Shown here piece by piece: positions 1-11,759 of a stretch of DNA of 64,000 nucleotides; within the stretch, counting starts at the first letter, position 1, and every line of letters starts with the position of its first letter. The notes below the pieces were generated by a model. It saw only the letters and a program-made list of their open reading frames with translations. It was not told the DNA's origin and did no database searches. The translations under genes and the position numbers were made by a program. Location: assembly GCA_049852185.1 (NCBI GenBank), contig CP187540.1; one strand, written 5' to 3'. Origin of the DNA: Methanocaldococcus sp. 28A (GTDB lineage Archaea > AGJL01 > Methanococci > Methanococcales > Methanocaldococcaceae).

Positions 1-1
1 A

Positions 2-1813
2 GAGATGATTAAAAGAGACATTAAAGAATACAATCTAAACAGAGTTGTTGTCGCAGCTTGCTCTCCAAGGTTGCACGAACCAACATTTAGAAGATGTGTT
101 GCTGAAGCTGGTCTCAACCCATTTTTATTTGAGTTTGCAAATATAAGGGAACATTGTTCATGGGTTCATATGCATGAAAAAGAGAAAGCTACTGAAAAAG
201 CAAAAGATTTAGTTAGAATGGCTGTTGCAAAAGCAAGGCTGTTAGAGCCATTAGAATTTATTAAAGTTGGAGTTACAAAGAGAGCATTGGTTATTGGAGG
301 AGGGGTAGCAGGAATTCAAGCGGCATTGGATTTGGGAGATATGGGATTTGAAACAATATTGGTTGAGAAATCTCCTTCTGTTGGAGGTAGAATGGCTCAA
401 CTAGATAAAACTTTCCCAACAAATGATTGCTCTATCTGTATCTTAGCTCCAAAGATGGTTGATGTTGCAAAACATCCTAACATAAAACTTTATGCATACT
501 CAGAGGTTGTAGATGTTCAAGGATACATAGGGAATTTTAAAGTTACGATTATGAAAAAGCCAAGATACATTGATGAGACAAAATGCACGGGTTGTGGACA
601 GTGTGCAGAAGTTTGCCCAATAGAAGTGCCGAATGAATTTGATATGGGCTTAGGGATGAGAAAAGCTATCTACAAGCCATTTCCACAGGCAGTTCCATCA
701 AAATACACAATTGACAAAGAGCACTGTATAGAATGTGGATTATGTGCTAAAGTTTGCGGTCCTAAAGCTATAAACTTTAATCAAAAACCAGAGTACATTG
801 AGGTTGAAGTAGGTACAATAATTTGTGCTATTGGTTATGATGTATTTGACCCAACAGTTAGGGAAGAGTATGGATATGGAATTTACGATAATGTTATAAC
901 AGCTCTTGAATTAGAAAGGATGATTAATGCTTCTGGTCCAACAGGAGGAAAGGTTATTAGGTTAAGTGATGGCAAAAAGCCAAAAAGAATTGCATTCATT
1001 CAATGTGTTGGTTCAAGAGATGCAAAAGTTGGAAACAAATACTGCTCCAATGTCTGCTGTATGTATGCAATGAAAAACTCTCAATTAATCAAAGAAAAAT
1101 CTCCAGATACTGAGATAGATATTTACTATATGGATATTAGGGCATTTAGCAAAGGATATGAAGAGTTTTACGAAAGGAGTGCAAAGCAATATGGCATTAA
1201 CTTCATAAGAGGAAGACCAGCCCAAATCTTAGAGGACCCAAAAACTAAAAATCTCATTATTAGAGCAGAAGATACTTTATTAGGAGAAATTATTGAGAAG
1301 GAGTATGATTTGGTTGTTTTATCTGTAGGAATGGTTCCAACAAAATCAGCAGATGAAATCCAAAGAATATTAGGAATTTCAAGAACTCCGGATAATTTCT
1401 TCATGGAAGCTCATCCAAAATTAAGACCAGTCGATACAGCAACGGATGGGGTTTATTTAGCCGGAGCTTGTCAAGGACCAAAGGATATTCCAGCATCAGT
1501 AGCTCAAGGTTCTGCAGCAGCTGCAAGGGCAGCAATTCCATTAGCTAAGGGAGAGGTTGAAGTTGAACCTATAGTTGCAACAGTAAATGAAGAAATCTGT
1601 GGGGGATGTGGAGTTTGTGTAAAACAATGCCCTTATGGAGCTCCAAGATTGGTTGAGAAAGATGGCAGAGTAGTTTGTGAGGTTATTGCTGCATTATGCA
1701 AAGGATGTGGTACTTGCGTTGCAGGATGTCCAAGCGGAGCTTTAGAGCAGAATCACTTCAAAACAATTCAACTGTATAAACAAATTGAAGGAGCTTTCAA
1801 AGACCCTGCCTAA
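2..1813 (+). CDS. hdrA: Heterodisulfide reductase subunit A, Cys-type (5' end lies outside the window)
   Basis: [12 protein letters not shown]-binding [24 protein letters not shown], inserted and C-terminal CxxCxxCxxxCP ferredoxin motifs, CVGSRD...YCSNVCC. Confidence 0.97.
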   Translation, partial: EMIKRDIKEYNLNRVVVAACSPRLHEPTFRRCVAEAGLNPFLFEFANIREHCSWVHMHEKEKATEKAKDLVRMAVAKARLLEPLEFIKVGVTKRALVIGGGVAGIQAALDLGDMGFETILVEKSPSVGGRMAQLDKTFPTNDCSICILAPKMVDVAKHPNIKLYAYSEVVDVQGYIGNFKVTIMKKPRYIDETKCTGCGQCAEVCPIEVPNEFDMGLGMRKAIYKPFPQAVPSKYTIDKEHCIECGLCAKVCGPKAINFNQKPEYIEVEVGTIICAIGYDVFDPTVREEYGYGIYDNVITALELERMINASGPTGGKVIRLSDGKKPKRIAFIQCVGSRDAKVGNKYCSNVCCMYAMKNSQLIKEKSPDTEIDIYYMDIRAFSKGYEEFYERSAKQYGINFIRGRPAQILEDPKTKNLIIRAEDTLLGEIIEKEYDLVVLSVGMVPTKSADEIQRILGISRTPDNFFMEAHPKLRPVDTATDGVYLAGACQGPKDIPASVAQGSAAAARAAIPLAKGEVEVEPIVATVNEEICGGCGVCVKQCPYGAPRLVEKDGRVVCEVIAALCKGCGTCVAGCPSGALEQNHFKTIQLYKQIEGAFKDPA

Positions 1814-1842
1814 ATTTTTAAATCTTTTTAGGGGTGATAAAG

Positions 1843-3150
1843 ATGAGAGAGATAAAAAATGTTGTCTGTCCATTCTGTGGAACATTATGTGATGATATTG
1901 TAGTTATAGTGGATGATGATGGGCATATTATAGGAACAAGAAATGCTTGTAGAATTGGACATGCTAAGTTCATGCATTTTGAAGGGGCTGTAAGATATAC
2001 AGAACCATTAATGAGAGAAAATAAAAAAGATGAGTTCAAAAAAGTTGATATTGACACTGCCATTGAAGAGGCTGCAAGAATATTAGCTGAAGCAAATTTA
2101 CCTGTAATTTATGGATTCTCTACAACTGAATGCCATGCACATGTATATGGTATAGAATTGGCAGAATTGATTAGAGGAATTGTAAGCAATACAGCAGAAG
2201 TTTGTCATGGGCCGAGTGTTTGGGCACTTCAGGATGTAGGATACCCAATTTGTACATTAGGAGAGGTTAAAAATAGAGCTGATGTTGTTATATTCTGGGG
2301 TTGCAATCCAATGCATGCCCACCCAAGACATATGAGTAGATATTCAGTATTTGCAAGAGGATTTTTCAGAGAAAGAGGAAGAGAAGATAGAACAGTTATT
2401 GTAGTAGATCCAAGGGAAACAGATACTGCAAAATTAGCAGATATACACTTACAGGTTGAGCAGCATAAGGATTATGAGTTAATAAGTGCTATGAGGGCAG
2501 TATTGAAAGGATTTGAATTACGAGTAGATAGAGTTGCAGGAGTTCCAGCAGATTTAATCTATGATGCAGTAGAAATATGTAAAAATGCTCAGTTTGGAGA
2601 GTTATTCTTCGCAATGGGAGTAACAATGACAAAAGGTAAGCATAGAAATATCGATAACGCTATACAATTAGTTATTGATTTAAACGCTTACACAAAGTTT
2701 GGACTAATGCCAATGAGAGGTCACTACAACGTAAATGGATTTAATCAAGTATGTACATGGGTTACTGGTTTTCCATTATGTGTAGATTTTTCAAGAGGTT
2801 ATCCAAGATTTAACCCAGGAGATACGAGTATAACAGATTTATTAATTAGAAAAGAGGCAGATGCTATGCTCAACATTGCCTCAGACCCTGGAGCACACTT
2901 TCCACAAAAAGCAGTTCAACACATGGCAAAGATACCATTAATTTGCATAGACCCACATAACACACCAACAGCAGAGTTGGCAAACATCATCATCCCACCA
3001 GCAATTGCTGGAGTTGAATGCGAAGGAACTGCTTATAGAATGGATGGAGTTCCAATTCAGTTGAAGAAGGTTATAGAACCTCCAGAAGGAGTTTTACCAG
3101 ATAAAGAAATACTAAAAAGAATTATCAACAAGGTTAAGGAGTTTTTGTAA
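1843..3150 (+). CDS. fwdB: Formylmethanofuran dehydrogenase subunit B, Cys-type (FwcB-like)
   Basis: CPFCGTLCDD 4Fe-4S motif, TAEVCHGPS metal-ligand motif with TGT codon, MRGHYNVNGF; GGTGA RBS before ATG 1843. Confidence 0.95.
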   Translation: MREIKNVVCPFCGTLCDDIVVIVDDDGHIIGTRNACRIGHAKFMHFEGAVRYTEPLMRENKKDEFKKVDIDTAIEEAARILAEANLPVIYGFSTTECHAHVYGIELAELIRGIVSNTAEVCHGPSVWALQDVGYPICTLGEVKNRADVVIFWGCNPMHAHPRHMSRYSVFARGFFRERGREDRTVIVVDPRETDTAKLADIHLQVEQHKDYELISAMRAVLKGFELRVDRVAGVPADLIYDAVEICKNAQFGELFFAMGVTMTKGKHRNIDNAIQLVIDLNAYTKFGLMPMRGHYNVNGFNQVCTWVTGFPLCVDFSRGYPRFNPGDTSITDLLIRKEADAMLNIASDPGAHFPQKAVQHMAKIPLICIDPHNTPTAELANIIIPPAIAGVECEGTAYRMDGVPIQLKKVIEPPEGVLPDKEILKRIINKVKEFL

Positions 3151-3177
3151 ATTATAATGCCCGATTATAATTTTTTG
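3149..3177 (+). terminator. AT-rich inverted repeat plus T-run directly after fwdB
   Basis: aaattataat-gcccg-attataattt followed by further T residues. Confidence 0.35.
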
Positions 3178-3278
3178 TCGGTTGGGTAATACTTTTTGAA
3201 ATTTTATATTATTTAGGCAATAATAATTTGAATTTAGTAGTAAATTTTATATACAAAAATGGGAGGTGATATTAATGT

Positions 3279-3653
3279 ATGAGTAATACGGTGATTATAA
3301 TGAATATGAAAATAAGCATAGAAAAGCTAAGATTAGTAAGACCAAAAGAAAATCCAAAAAATCAGAGGTTGGAGTTAGATATGGATTGGAACATTGAATA
3401 CAAGAAAATTAGTGACAACTCATATGGTTATGTATACAATTTAAAAATAGATGAACTTTCAATATCGTTTATTGTTGAGGGAGTTGTAGAGTTCGATGAA
3501 AATATTGACTGTATTTCAAAGGACATCTCACAATCAATATTGGATAGATTGCTTCAAATTTTAGTAGGCATGATAAATCTCACAAAGGAAATGCATGTTG
3601 AAATCAAGACAATTCCAGTTGTTGAGATCTCAGCTCAAAAGGTTGCCTCATGA
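3279..3653 (+). CDS. Uncharacterised protein (124 aa) upstream of the fdhA-like gene
   Basis: Strong GGAGGTGA RBS, co-oriented, ends 19 bp before the next gene; no motif recognised. Confidence 0.75.
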   Translation: MSNTVIIMNMKISIEKLRLVRPKENPKNQRLELDMDWNIEYKKISDNSYGYVYNLKIDELSISFIVEGVVEFDENIDCISKDISQSILDRLLQILVGMINLTKEMHVEIKTIPVVEISAQKVAS

Positions 3654-3672
3654 ATAATAATAAGGTGATAAC

Positions 3673-4791
3673 ATGAAGGTTGTTCATACAATTTGCCCAA
3701 CTTGTAGTGTTGGGTGTGGAATTGATTTGATCGTCAAAGATAACAAAGTTGTTGGTACTTATCCATACAAGAGACATCCAATAAGTGAAGGAAAAAACTG
3801 TCTAAATGGAAAAAATAGCTACAAAATAATCTACCATGAGAAAAGATTAAAAAAGCCATTAATTAAAAAGAATGGAAAGTTTGTTGAAGTCAGTTGGGAT
3901 GAAGCTTTAAGCTTTATTGCAGAGAAATTAAAGAGCTATGATGCTGATGACATAACATTTATTGCCTCTGGAAAATGTACAAATGAAGACAACTATGCAT
4001 TAAAAAAGTTGGCTGATAATTTAAAAGCTAAAATTGGGCATTGTATCTGCAATTCTCCTAAAGCCAATTATGCTGAAATTTCTACAACAATTGATGACAT
4101 TGAGAACGCAAAAAACATCATAATTATTGGTGATGTTTTTGGGCAACATGCATTGATTGGAAGAAAAGTTATTAAAGCAAAAGATAAAGGGGCTAAGGTA
4201 ACAATTTTCAATATAGAGGAGAAAGATATCCTAAAATTAAATGCCGACAAGTTCGTAAAGGTTGATAGCTATGAGGATATTGATTTAGGTAATGTTGATG
4301 AAAACACTATTATTATAATCAATGCACCAATAGATGTTGATAAAATGCCTAAAATTGCTAAAGTTTTGCCAGTTGCTAAGCACTGCAACACTGTTGGTGC
4401 CACACTTATTGGCATTCCTGCTCTAAATAAAGATAAATATCTTGAATTATTAAAAAATTCAAAGTGCTTATACATAATGGGAGAGAATCCTGCTTTAATT
4501 GATAAAGATGCACTAAAAAATACTGAATTTTTAGTTGTCCAAGATATTATAATGAGTGAAACAGCTGAATTAGCTGATGTAGTTCTACCCTCAACTTGTT
4601 GGGCTGAGAAAGAGGGAACCTTTACAAACACCGATAAAAGAATTCAAAAAATAAACAAAGCTGTAAACCCTCCTGGAGAAGCTATGGATGATTATCTTAT
4701 AATAAAAAGCTTAGCTGAAAAGCTTGGAATTGATTTAGGGTTCAATTCATTAGAAGACATTCAAAAAGAAATAACTAAGGTGGTATTATGA
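3673..4791 (+). CDS. Short FdhA-like molybdopterin-oxidoreductase family protein (MJ0006-like; ElpA candidate)
   Basis: CPTCSVGC...C 4Fe-4S motif and [19 protein letters not shown]; only 372 aa, no CARL(C/U)H catalytic motif, no C-terminal molybdopterin-dinucleotide domain. Confidence 0.85.
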   Translation: MKVVHTICPTCSVGCGIDLIVKDNKVVGTYPYKRHPISEGKNCLNGKNSYKIIYHEKRLKKPLIKKNGKFVEVSWDEALSFIAEKLKSYDADDITFIASGKCTNEDNYALKKLADNLKAKIGHCICNSPKANYAEISTTIDDIENAKNIIIIGDVFGQHALIGRKVIKAKDKGAKVTIFNIEEKDILKLNADKFVKVDSYEDIDLGNVDENTIIIINAPIDVDKMPKIAKVLPVAKHCNTVGATLIGIPALNKDKYLELLKNSKCLYIMGENPALIDKDALKNTEFLVVQDIIMSETAELADVVLPSTCWAEKEGTFTNTDKRIQKINKAVNPPGEAMDDYLIIKSLAEKLGIDLGFNSLEDIQKEITKVVL

Positions 4792-5930
4792 AATATGCAT
4801 TAATCCAAGCTACGGATAATGAAATTTTAAAGAAAGCAGAATGTGGTGGGGCAGTAACTGCATTATTCAAATACTTATTAGATAACAAGCTTGTTGATGG
4901 AGTTTTAGCTTTAAAGAGAGGAGAAGATATATACGATGGAATTCCAGCATTTATAACAAATTCTGATGAATTGGTAGAAACCGCAGGCTCTTTGCACTGT
5001 GCACCAACAAATTTTGGAAAGATAATTAGTAAATATTTGAATGATAAAAAAATTGCCGTCTCTACTAAACCATGTGATGCTATGGCTATTAAAGAGTTGG
5101 CAAAGTTAAACCAGGTAAACTTAGATAACATCTATATGCTTGGTTTGAATTGTGGAGGGACAATAAATCCAATAACTGCTATGAAAATGATTGAGTTGTT
5201 TTATGAAGTTAATCCATTAGATGTTGTTAAGGAAGAAATAGATAAAGGGAAGTTTATTATTGAATTAAAAAATGGAGAACATAAAGCTGTTAAAATAGAT
5301 GAGTTAGAAGAAAAAGGTTTTGGTAGAAGGAAAAACTGCCAAAGATGTGAAGTTATGGTTCCAAGAATGGCTGATTTAGCTTGTGGAAATTGGGGAGCTG
5401 AAAAGGGCTGGACGTTTGTTGAAATCTGTTCAGAAAAAGGAAAAAAATTAGTTGAGGACGCTGAAAAAGAAGGCTATATCAAAATTAAAGAACCTTCAGA
5501 AAAGGCAATTCAAATTAGGGAGAAAATAGAGAATGTCATGATAAAGTTGGCTAAAAAATTCCAAAAAATACATTTGGAAGATGAATATCCAAACCTTAAA
5601 GAGTGGCAGAAATATTGGAATAGGTGTATAAAGTGTTATGGTTGTAGAGATAACTGCCCACTCTGCTTCTGTGTTGAATGTAGATTAGAGAAAGATTATA
5701 TTAATGAAAAAGGAAAAATCCCGCCAAATCCTTTAATGTTCCAGGGGATTAGATTGAGCCATATATCTCAAAGCTGTATAAATTGTGGGCAATGCGAAGA
5801 TGTCTGCCCAATGGATATTCCACTTGCATATATATTCCACAGAATGCAGTTGAAGATTAGAGATACCTTTGGTTATGTTCCTGGTGTTGATGATAGCTTG
5901 CCACCATTGTTTATAAGTGAAAAATTATAG
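4788..5930 (+). CDS. fdhB: F420-binding FdhB/FrhB-family subunit (MJ0005-like; ElpB candidate)
   Basis: [31 protein letters not shown]-terminal [12 protein letters not shown] and [12 protein letters not shown]; ATGA overlap with upstream gene. Confidence 0.92.
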   Translation: MKYALIQATDNEILKKAECGGAVTALFKYLLDNKLVDGVLALKRGEDIYDGIPAFITNSDELVETAGSLHCAPTNFGKIISKYLNDKKIAVSTKPCDAMAIKELAKLNQVNLDNIYMLGLNCGGTINPITAMKMIELFYEVNPLDVVKEEIDKGKFIIELKNGEHKAVKIDELEEKGFGRRKNCQRCEVMVPRMADLACGNWGAEKGWTFVEICSEKGKKLVEDAEKEGYIKIKEPSEKAIQIREKIENVMIKLAKKFQKIHLEDEYPNLKEWQKYWNRCIKCYGCRDNCPLCFCVECRLEKDYINEKGKIPPNPLMFQGIRLSHISQSCINCGQCEDVCPMDIPLAYIFHRMQLKIRDTFGYVPGVDDSLPPLFISEKL

Positions 5931-6019
5931 GACTTTCGCAGTTTATATATTAAATAAGGAACTTTGATATCTTTAGGAGTCTATATTCAATATATATTTA
6001 TTCCTGTGAAAGTCCTATA
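5926..6019. repeat. MITE-like family A copy (TIR TAGGACTTTCGCA)
   Basis: tataggactttcgca ... tgtgaaagtcctata with degenerate central hairpin. Confidence 0.85.
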
Positions 6020-6052
6020 TCATTCTCAGTCCACGTTCTTATGAGTTTATGT

Positions 6053-6811
6053 TTAAGCAATAACAGCATGTTTCAACGAATTTTTGCAGATGCATGTTCT
6101 CTCTCCAAAGTCATAGTTTATGAAGTCTTCAATAACCTTTAAAATTTTATCTTCCATTTCTTTTATCTTTTCAAGGACTTCATCTACAGTTAGAATATTC
6201 TTTGATATTCCACAGGCGTAGTTTGTTACATTACATAGTGAAACATAGCATAACTCCAACTCTCTTGCTAAAACAACTTCAGGATATCCTGTCATTCCTA
6301 CAACATCCCCCCAGTTTCTATATATCTCAATCTCTTTTTTTGTTTCAAATCTTGGACCTTCTGTACAAATATAAACGCCTTCTTCATAAATGAAGTTATT
6401 TTTATCTAATATATATTTTAAAACATTAATTAAATCTGGACAGTATGGTTCACTCATATCTATATGCACTACTTTTCCTTCGTCGTAAAATGTTTCTTCT
6501 CTCTTCTTTGTAAATTCAATAAAATCATTTGGAATAAAAAACATTCCAGGTTTTATGATTTCTTTTAATGAACCAACTGAGTTTATAGCTAAAATTCTTT
6601 CAACTCCTAACTTTTTTAATGCATAGATATTTGCTCTATAGTTTATTTTGTGGGGAGGAATATTATGCTTGATTCCATGTCTAAATAATAAAACTACCTC
6701 ATTTTCTTTGTCAATTATAACCTTTGCTCTTCCATATTTTGTATCAATAATCTCTTCTTTATCTCCTTTTAATATTTCGGCTATTCCAGTCCCTCCTATT
6801 ATACCAATCAC
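6053..6811 (-). CDS. mtiP: S-methyl-5'-thioinosine/MTA phosphorylase (MTAP family)
   Basis: IGIIGGTG, RHG...PPHKINYRAN, EGPRFET, VVGMTGYPE. Confidence 0.9.
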   Translation of the reverse strand: MIGIIGGTGIAEILKGDKEEIIDTKYGRAKVIIDKENEVVLLFRHGIKHNIPPHKINYRANIYALKKLGVERILAINSVGSLKEIIKPGMFFIPNDFIEFTKKREETFYDEGKVVHIDMSEPYCPDLINVLKYILDKNNFIYEEGVYICTEGPRFETKKEIEIYRNWGDVVGMTGYPEVVLARELELCYVSLCNVTNYACGISKNILTVDEVLEKIKEMEDKILKVIEDFINYDFGERTCICKNSLKHAVIA

Positions 6812-6922
6812 ATTATCACCTGTAGGTATTAGGAAAACAATTATAAAGGAAAAGTCTAAAAAAAAACTTCCTAAAGCGATATATAAATTAAAATCTTTAA
6901 TAAAAATTTTAAAAGTTTAGAA

Positions 6923-7318
6923 TTAACTCTCAATAGGTTTAAATTTATAACCATAAGTTATAACTCCATCGTCTCCATCTTCTTTGATTCTTCTAAATAC
7001 AGCTTCAACAGGCATGCCTATATAAACATCTTCTGGCTTGCAATCTACTATCTGTCCAGTAATTTTTGGACCTTCTTCTAATTCAACTATTGCTATTACA
7101 TAAGGAGCTTGCTTTTCAAAATCCTTTGGTGGAACATGAACAACTGAGTATGTATAAACTTTTCCTTTTCCACTCAACTTTATTTCTTCAAATTCTGTTT
7201 TTCTTCTACATTTTGGGCATATTTCTCTTGATGGGAAATAGACAGTTCCACAATTCTTACATCTAACTCCAATTAAATTATATCTCTCTCTTATATGCCT
7301 CCAACTTCTAACAACCAT
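6923..7318 (-). CDS. DUF35 Zn-ribbon/OB-fold scaffold of the thiolase-HMGS complex
   Basis: CxxC...CxxC, GKVYTYSVV, YGYKF; in operon with thiolase and HMGS. Confidence 0.9.
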   Translation of the reverse strand: MVVRSWRHIRERYNLIGVRCKNCGTVYFPSREICPKCRRKTEFEEIKLSGKGKVYTYSVVHVPPKDFEKQAPYVIAIVELEEGPKITGQIVDCKPEDVYIGMPVEAVFRRIKEDGDDGVITYGYKFKPIES

Positions 7319-7320
7319 GT

Positions 7321-7503
7321 TTATCCCTCAATAAAAATCTTATTCTCATTTAAGTCAATTTTTTTAATTTCTCCGGTAAATTCTTTTTTCTCCCCAAATA
7401 AATCAATGGCTATAATTTTATCTCCATCTTTTTCTACAACCATGACATCTTCCATAACCAATTCTCCATTAAAATATAAATTACAGCTGCACATAACCAT
7501 CAA
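7321..7503 (-). CDS. CooT-like small nickel-binding protein
   Basis: MC..N-terminus, VMEDV...DLFGEKK pattern; true start may be the Met before Cys. Confidence 0.7.
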   Translation of the reverse strand: MMVMCSCNLYFNGELVMEDVMVVEKDGDKIIAIDLFGEKKEFTGEIKKIDLNENKIFIEG

Positions 7504-7688
7504 CTCGCATCTTGTTCTTCTTCAACATCTATTTCTATGGTTCCTTCTTCATAACCATAAAGCTCGTAGATTTTTGATGAGATATATAAATCTATGAACA
7601 TAATTAATCTACATTCTCCTCCAACCCACATTATACAATCCTCTTTTTTACAAATCCCTTTAATAAACGGGCAGAATTTCTCTGTCAA
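7500..7688 (-). CDS. Small Cys-rich hypothetical protein
   Basis: CPF...C...C..W...C motif; stop overlaps next start. Confidence 0.6.
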   Translation of the reverse strand: MTEKFCPFIKGICKKEDCIMWVGGECRLIMFIDLYISSKIYELYGYEEGTIEIDVEEEQDAS

Positions 7689-7692
7689 TCTC

Positions 7693-7920
7693 TCACGTTT
7701 TTATTTTTATTATTTTTATAAATGGAAAATATGGAATATTTAGTTTAATTTTATCATATATTATAAATCCAACTATAAATAAACAGGCAAATATTATAGT
7801 AGAAATCCATAGAAATACAGTTAGTCCATCAAATAAATAATACCAAATAATAAAGTCAAATATTATAAATAAAATACTACCGATAATTATAGCTATAACT
7901 TTTTTGGTAATTTTATCCAT
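7693..7920 (-). CDS. Small membrane protein (about 2 TM helices)
   Basis: Two hydrophobic stretches; fills the operon gap. Confidence 0.55.
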   Translation of the reverse strand: MDKITKKVIAIIIGSILFIIFDFIIWYYLFDGLTVFLWISTIIFACLFIVGFIIYDKIKLNIPYFPFIKIIKIKT

Positions 7921-7932
7921 AATATCGCCGAA

Positions 7933-10162
<2,230 letters not shown>

Positions 10163-10172
10163 AATTTCCCCC

Positions 10173-10877
10173 TTATTTTATCTCATTTAATCTTTTTATG
10201 AGCTCTTTTATATCTAAGTGAGTAGTTATTAGAGGAATATTATCAATCTTAGCTAATTTTAATGCCAAGTTGTCTATTTTATTTTTATCTATTCCTTGCA
10301 AAACTACAACTCTCGGCTTCATTACACTAACCCTAACAGCAACCATTGGGCTTCTACCAGTTGAGACATTTGTGAATATCAAAGCTCTTTCAGTAGTCCA
10401 TCCATATAAATGATAAAAATCATCTCCAGTCATTTCTAATATTGCCTTTATACTATCAACAACTGTGTGCCCATATATTGGAGTCTCTAAATTTTCTCCA
10501 ACGACAATCTCACCATTGATAAACTCTACAAATTTTTCGAGTGTTATAGGATTTTCATACTCTTTTATTGATAAAATTGCTTTCATCGAAGGACTTTTTT
10601 CTAAAATTCTCTTTAATGCTTTTATTGTTTGTCCTCCTTTTTCTTTGTCTATTTCTATCAATGCTAAAACATACTTTTTTATAATATTTACTCCAGGATT
10701 TTTTCTCCTACCTACTTCATAATCACTTATAACTGATGGTGAGACGTTTAAGTATTTAGCCAATTCAATCTGTTGAATGTTAAATAAATTCCTCCATTTT
10801 TTTAAGACCTTTCCAGTATTTTCAGCTAAAACAATATCTCCTATAATGTATATTGCCACTTTCTCCATATTAATCAC
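10173..10877 (-). CDS. XRE-family HTH transcriptional regulator leading the HMGS operon
   Basis: [30 protein letters not shown]; [13 protein letters not shown]. Confidence 0.85.
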   Translation of the reverse strand: MINMEKVAIYIIGDIVLAENTGKVLKKWRNLFNIQQIELAKYLNVSPSVISDYEVGRRKNPGVNIIKKYVLALIEIDKEKGGQTIKALKRILEKSPSMKAILSIKEYENPITLEKFVEFINGEIVVGENLETPIYGHTVVDSIKAILEMTGDDFYHLYGWTTERALIFTNVSTGRSPMVAVRVSVMKPRVVVLQGIDKNKIDNLALKLAKIDNIPLITTHLDIKELIKRLNEIK

Positions 10878-10922
10878 AAAAATAGATATTGAATATTATA
10901 TAAAGTTTTTGATTTTGTTGAA

Positions 10923-11617
10923 GACGATGTCAAGATAAGTAAAGGAAGAAGTTATAGAAAGAGGAGAAAGATTCAAGCCAACTAATGACAGATGAGAATT
11001 TAGAGTTATTAGGGAATCGGTTATAGAAAGATTTGGTTCTTCGTTTGAGTAGAGAGAAGAAACTTTCGACACAATTTCTTAAACCGAATCGAACTCTTTC
11101 GAATTTTAAGCCTAATCTCTGTAGAGCCCACGGATACCATTTACCACCATCAACCAAAATTTTTGGTTTATTCGAGCAAAATTTTAATATCCTTCTTACG
11201 AATAACATAGTATCGAGATAACATCTTGTTTTAGAGACATAGATACCCAAACATTCTTTAGACTCCACATCGATAGCAGACCATACATAAATAGTTTCAT
11301 TTCCAAGCTTTAGTTTAGTTTCATCGATTGCAATTAGGTTTCTTGTCTTTCTTTCAGGCTCGTTTAAAATATCTTTAATCTTGTGGTAATATATTCTAAC
11401 CGATTCATGGCTTATGCTCTCAAACCGTGAAAGAAACAAACTAACCTTTCTTAACGATAATCCCAGATAATACAAAATTCCTGCTAAGATTTTAATCTCT
11501 ATCGACTTCTTATTCCTCTTAACTATCTTCTTAATCCTTTCTTTTAACGTTTCTATCGTAAGTTTCATATCTTCCTTTATTTACACATATTTATTTAATC
11601 CTTATCTTGACAACCTC
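10923..11617 (-). mobile_element. IS6-family element, intact, 695 bp
   Basis: Imperfect 17-bp TIRs gacgatgtcaagataag / cttatcttgacaacctc; 8-bp flanking direct repeat ttgttgaa (10915-10922, 11618-11625). Confidence 0.95.
10930..11568 (-). CDS. IS6-family DDE transposase
   Basis: IAIDETKLK...[24 protein letters not shown]. Confidence 0.93.
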   Translation of the reverse strand: MKLTIETLKERIKKIVKRNKKSIEIKILAGILYYLGLSLRKVSLFLSRFESISHESVRIYYHKIKDILNEPERKTRNLIAIDETKLKLGNETIYVWSAIDVESKECLGIYVSKTRCYLDTMLFVRRILKFCSNKPKILVDGGKWYPWALQRLGLKFERVRFGLRNCVESFFSLLKRRTKSFYNRFPNNSKFSSVISWLESFSSFYNFFLYLS

Positions 11618-11759
11618 TTGTTGAAATAGATTATGTTTATTGTCGGAATGTATAATGTTAAAAATATACTATACAAATTTGGTGAGAAAACTAAAAATTA
11701 TAATATTTCCCTAAAAAATTAAAAATAAAGAAATAAAAAGTAATAATAAAAATCAAAAC

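Noticed and set aside
3150-3190. SECIS element after fwdB
   Set aside because: No GAA/A internal-loop motif in a GC-rich stem, and no in-frame TGA to recode
3651-3671. Sec read-through of the TGA stop of orf124
   Set aside because: Further stops follow within a few codons and there is no redox-motif context
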